From IMG/VR virus record IMGVR_UViG_3300031912_000032, positions 1 to 40,111 of that record: a stretch of 40,111 nt of DNA; one strand, 5' to 3'. Position numbers and translations under genes: made by a program. Shown here one piece after another: positions 38,024-40,111 of this stretch (position 1 is the stretch's first letter; every line of letters starts with the position of its first letter). The DNA is from a virus (taxonomy: Duplodnaviria > Caudoviricetes). The notes beneath the pieces were generated by a model that worked only from the letters and a program-made list of their open reading frames with translations, did not search any database and was not told where the DNA came from.

Positions 38024-38029
38024 AGTCTA
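38024..38029 (-). promoter_or_regulatory. Putative -10 box (gggTAGACT)
   Basis: Actinobacterial TAnnnT, with TTTTCA 17 nt upstream, ahead of the DUF6011 gene. Confidence 0.4.
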
Positions 38030-38097
38030 CCCGGCTGCAAGAGTGTTGAAAAGCCGTAGGTCCCAGAATCTAAACCCGCGCTGGGAGGAGAGCTAGC

Positions 38098-38182
38098 GAG
38101 GCCCGGCTCACGGACATGAACCGGGCTTCGATAGAATCGGCTTAAGCCAGGACGAGGGTACTAGGATTATCCTCGTCCTGGC
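38098..38182 (-). terminator. Tandem hairpins after the 38183 stop
   Basis: Stems 38146-38182 (gccaggacgagg/cctcgtcctggc) and 38098-38129. Confidence 0.6.
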
Positions 38183-38716
38183 CTAAACGGCTAGCTCGTA
38201 TTCCCGGCTGCTTTCCTGGAACAGCAGCTCTTCCTCTAGCGCACTAAGCTCATCGCTCATGCTAAGGAAGATTGCCTGTGTCCTCAGGATATCGCGGCTG
38301 GCGAATTCCCAGTCCGGGTATTTCCTTGCCATCCGCTCTGCGTCGCGGAAATGGACTTCTGCGCGCCCACGATCTGACCTGAGCTTCCCAATCCTCTTCT
38401 TCAGGTACCTGAAGAAGTCCAGGGTGAATCCGCTATCGTCCAGGATCATCTCGAATGATGGGTCCTTCCGGATTGCGGTACGGACCTGGGCGAAGATATC
38501 ACTGATGTACTGGCAGGACCGGCAGGCAGGCCTGAGGCAGTCGCACGCCTCCTCGCGCTCGCACGGAGCCTGGCGGTATATTCCATCGATAACCTGAATC
38601 CAGGCCCGGTAAATGCCGCCAGGCGGTAGCATCACCCCCTGTCCATCTCTCCCTCCGAGGATTTCCTTCAGCTCCTGGAGTTTTCCCTGGCTGAGTGGAG
38701 CCGGGTTCCTATACAT
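38183..38716 (-). CDS. Hypothetical protein with Cys cluster
   Basis: C-x5-CDC-x4-CRSC followed by a helical C-terminus. Confidence 0.55.
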   Translation of the reverse strand: MYRNPAPLSQGKLQELKEILGGRDGQGVMLPPGGIYRAWIQVIDGIYRQAPCEREEACDCLRPACRSCQYISDIFAQVRTAIRKDPSFEMILDDSGFTLDFFRYLKKRIGKLRSDRGRAEVHFRDAERMARKYPDWEFASRDILRTQAIFLSMSDELSALEEELLFQESSREYELAV

Positions 38717-39497
38717 TGTCTTCCTCCTGTTCCGCCCACTTCCTTAGGTAGGCGATGTCATTCTCTAGTTCCGAGATAAAGCTGAGGAGAATATCTGCCC
38801 GCTCCTCGCTCCATTCGTGCCTGGTAATGAGTCCGGTGAACCGGACGAGTGCGGAATCCCCACGCTGGAGGATGCGGAATGCGTCCTTCCAGTCAAGCTC
38901 CTCGTCCGGTGGCTTCCTCCGTGGGAGCCGCTTCATCCGCTTCTCGTCGCGCCTACATTGGTCGCAGAGGACACGATCGTGGTGGTACTCACGCTCCTCA
39001 GTCCCGCGCCGTAGCTCATAGAGCCCGATAATACGCTCACACTCCTCGCACCGGTCATAGTCCTCCTCTTCCTCCGGCCAGTCCTCCTTATTGCTGCTTT
39101 CTCCAGCAACTGCCATTATCTTGGCTTTGCTCCATCGGCCTTCCGGTTTGCCGGGTGGAATTTCCCTGTTCGCCATATCATCAGGACCCCAGCCCGCATA
39201 ATAAGCCGACTGGTAAACTGCGTACGATCCAAATACCTTCCGGAAGGTATTTGGGAACCTGTCCGCTATCGCCCGGTAATCTTTCACCGTACTGAATGCC
39301 GGGTAGTTATCCCCCCATTCCTCGTGCAGCTCGTTAAGTAGCCTCTCCAGCCGTCCGAACGCACCGGGACGAATTCCCCTCATCCCCATCGGCTCGCAGC
39401 GGAGTGCCCAATCACCCCAGGCCCACTGGATACCGTCGGTCTGCTCCCTTAGCTCGCGCGCTTCCGCCTTGAGCTGTTCATCCGCAAGTCGGGTCAC
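38709..39497 (-). CDS. LmbU-like DNA-binding protein with CxxC pair
   Basis: QWAWGDW...STVKDYRAIADRF...R resembles the LmbU-family pattern as recalled; CEEC...CDQC. Confidence 0.4.
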   Translation of the reverse strand: MTRLADEQLKAEARELREQTDGIQWAWGDWALRCEPMGMRGIRPGAFGRLERLLNELHEEWGDNYPAFSTVKDYRAIADRFPNTFRKVFGSYAVYQSAYYAGWGPDDMANREIPPGKPEGRWSKAKIMAVAGESSNKEDWPEEEEDYDRCEECERIIGLYELRRGTEEREYHHDRVLCDQCRRDEKRMKRLPRRKPPDEELDWKDAFRILQRGDSALVRFTGLITRHEWSEERADILLSFISELENDIAYLRKWAEQEEDNV

Positions 39498-39718
39498 TAT
39501 TCCACCTCCTCGTATAGGTCATCCACGGAGACGCCAAGGATGCGTGCGATCTGCTTCTGGTATCCTGGGCGCGGGACGGCGAACCCAGCCATCCAGCGAC
39601 CTATCTGGTCCGGGCCGCAGCCTAGCTCTTCCATGAGGCCCTGCGGCGTTAGCCCCGCCTCGCGCATGGCGTCGATAAGCGCATCCGGCGAGAATACCGT
39701 CTCGGTTGTCCTACTCAT
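39497..39718 (-). CDS. XRE/Cro-family helix-turn-helix protein
   Basis: GLTPQGLMEELGC...IGRWMAGFAVPR...IARILGVSVDDL. Confidence 0.85.
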   Translation of the reverse strand: MSRTTETVFSPDALIDAMREAGLTPQGLMEELGCGPDQIGRWMAGFAVPRPGYQKQIARILGVSVDDLYEEVE

Positions 39719-40111
39719 TGTCGTCTCCTTCCTGAAGCTTCCTGAGCCATTCGTCTGCCTCGTCTCCTACGGACTTCCCGCGCGCTAGCTTCGCGCGGTA
39801 GTCCTCCGGGTTGACCGAGTGCGGGACTAGCGCGGGAACCTCGTACGTCTCCGCGATAAACTCAAGCCACGAGTGCGGGAGCGTAAATACCGGCTCGATA
39901 AGGAGGATGGCCGCTATCCGCGCATACTCCGCGCGGTACCCCTGAGTAGCCGGGATGACCTTACCGCCTAGCTCGACAACCCCGAGTACCGGCGCGTCCT
40001 TGCCGAGGTACGAGTTGATGACCTTAAGATCAGTGGTCGCGTAGATCCCACATGAGCAATCCGGGACGGGGACCCGGCTGTGTCCTTCCTCGTCTCCTTT
40101 CAGGACCATAC
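39711..40111 (-). CDS. Conserved actinophage hypothetical protein, 5'-truncated
   Basis: PVPDCSCGIYA...VLGVVELGGKVI...GYRAEYARI; runs off the window edge. Confidence 0.6.
   Translation of the reverse strand, partial: MVLKGDEEGHSRVPVPDCSCGIYATTDLKVINSYLGKDAPVLGVVELGGKVIPATQGYRAEYARIAAILLIEPVFTLPHSWLEFIAETYEVPALVPHSVNPEDYRAKLARGKSVGDEADEWLRKLQEGDDNE

Overview
A 40 kb internal segment of a GC-rich actinobacteriophage-like siphovirus, with two convergent arms. The + arm (1-19.8 kb) holds the virion genes. These are a >1100-aa Ser/Ala/Gly/Thr-rich repeat protein, scaffold, an HK97-type major capsid gene broken by a 7-nt insertion, head-tail connectors, major tail, tail chaperones with a GGGAAAA -1 frameshift, a tape measure with an SLT domain, and Dit/minor tails. 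Holin, amidase endolysin, microproteins and a SAM methyltransferase follow. The - arm (20.2-40.1 kb) holds replication, recombination and nucleotide genes. These are a DnaE split into PHP and catalytic genes with a methyltransferase between them, a DnaQ-like exonuclease, an Nmad1/DUF1599-like protein, a divergent ThyX, a HAD phosphatase, an FAD oxidoreductase, SSB, AAA ATPase, Cas4-like nuclease, SNF2 helicase, glycosyltransferase, DUF6011, and LmbU-like and XRE regulators. No terminase, portal, integrase, tRNA or CRISPR array was seen in the window. Highlights: (1) the methyltransferase C-terminus copies the capsid N-arm peptide (Y-x3-I-x-R-x2-TGSDPLVPEP, with only synonymous DNA changes in the core); (2) islands of 100-185 nt entirely free of CA/TG; (3) a probable novel DNA hypermodification pathway built on a ThyX lacking two canonical histidines; (4) the split DnaE. 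All family calls come from motifs recognised by eye, with no database search.
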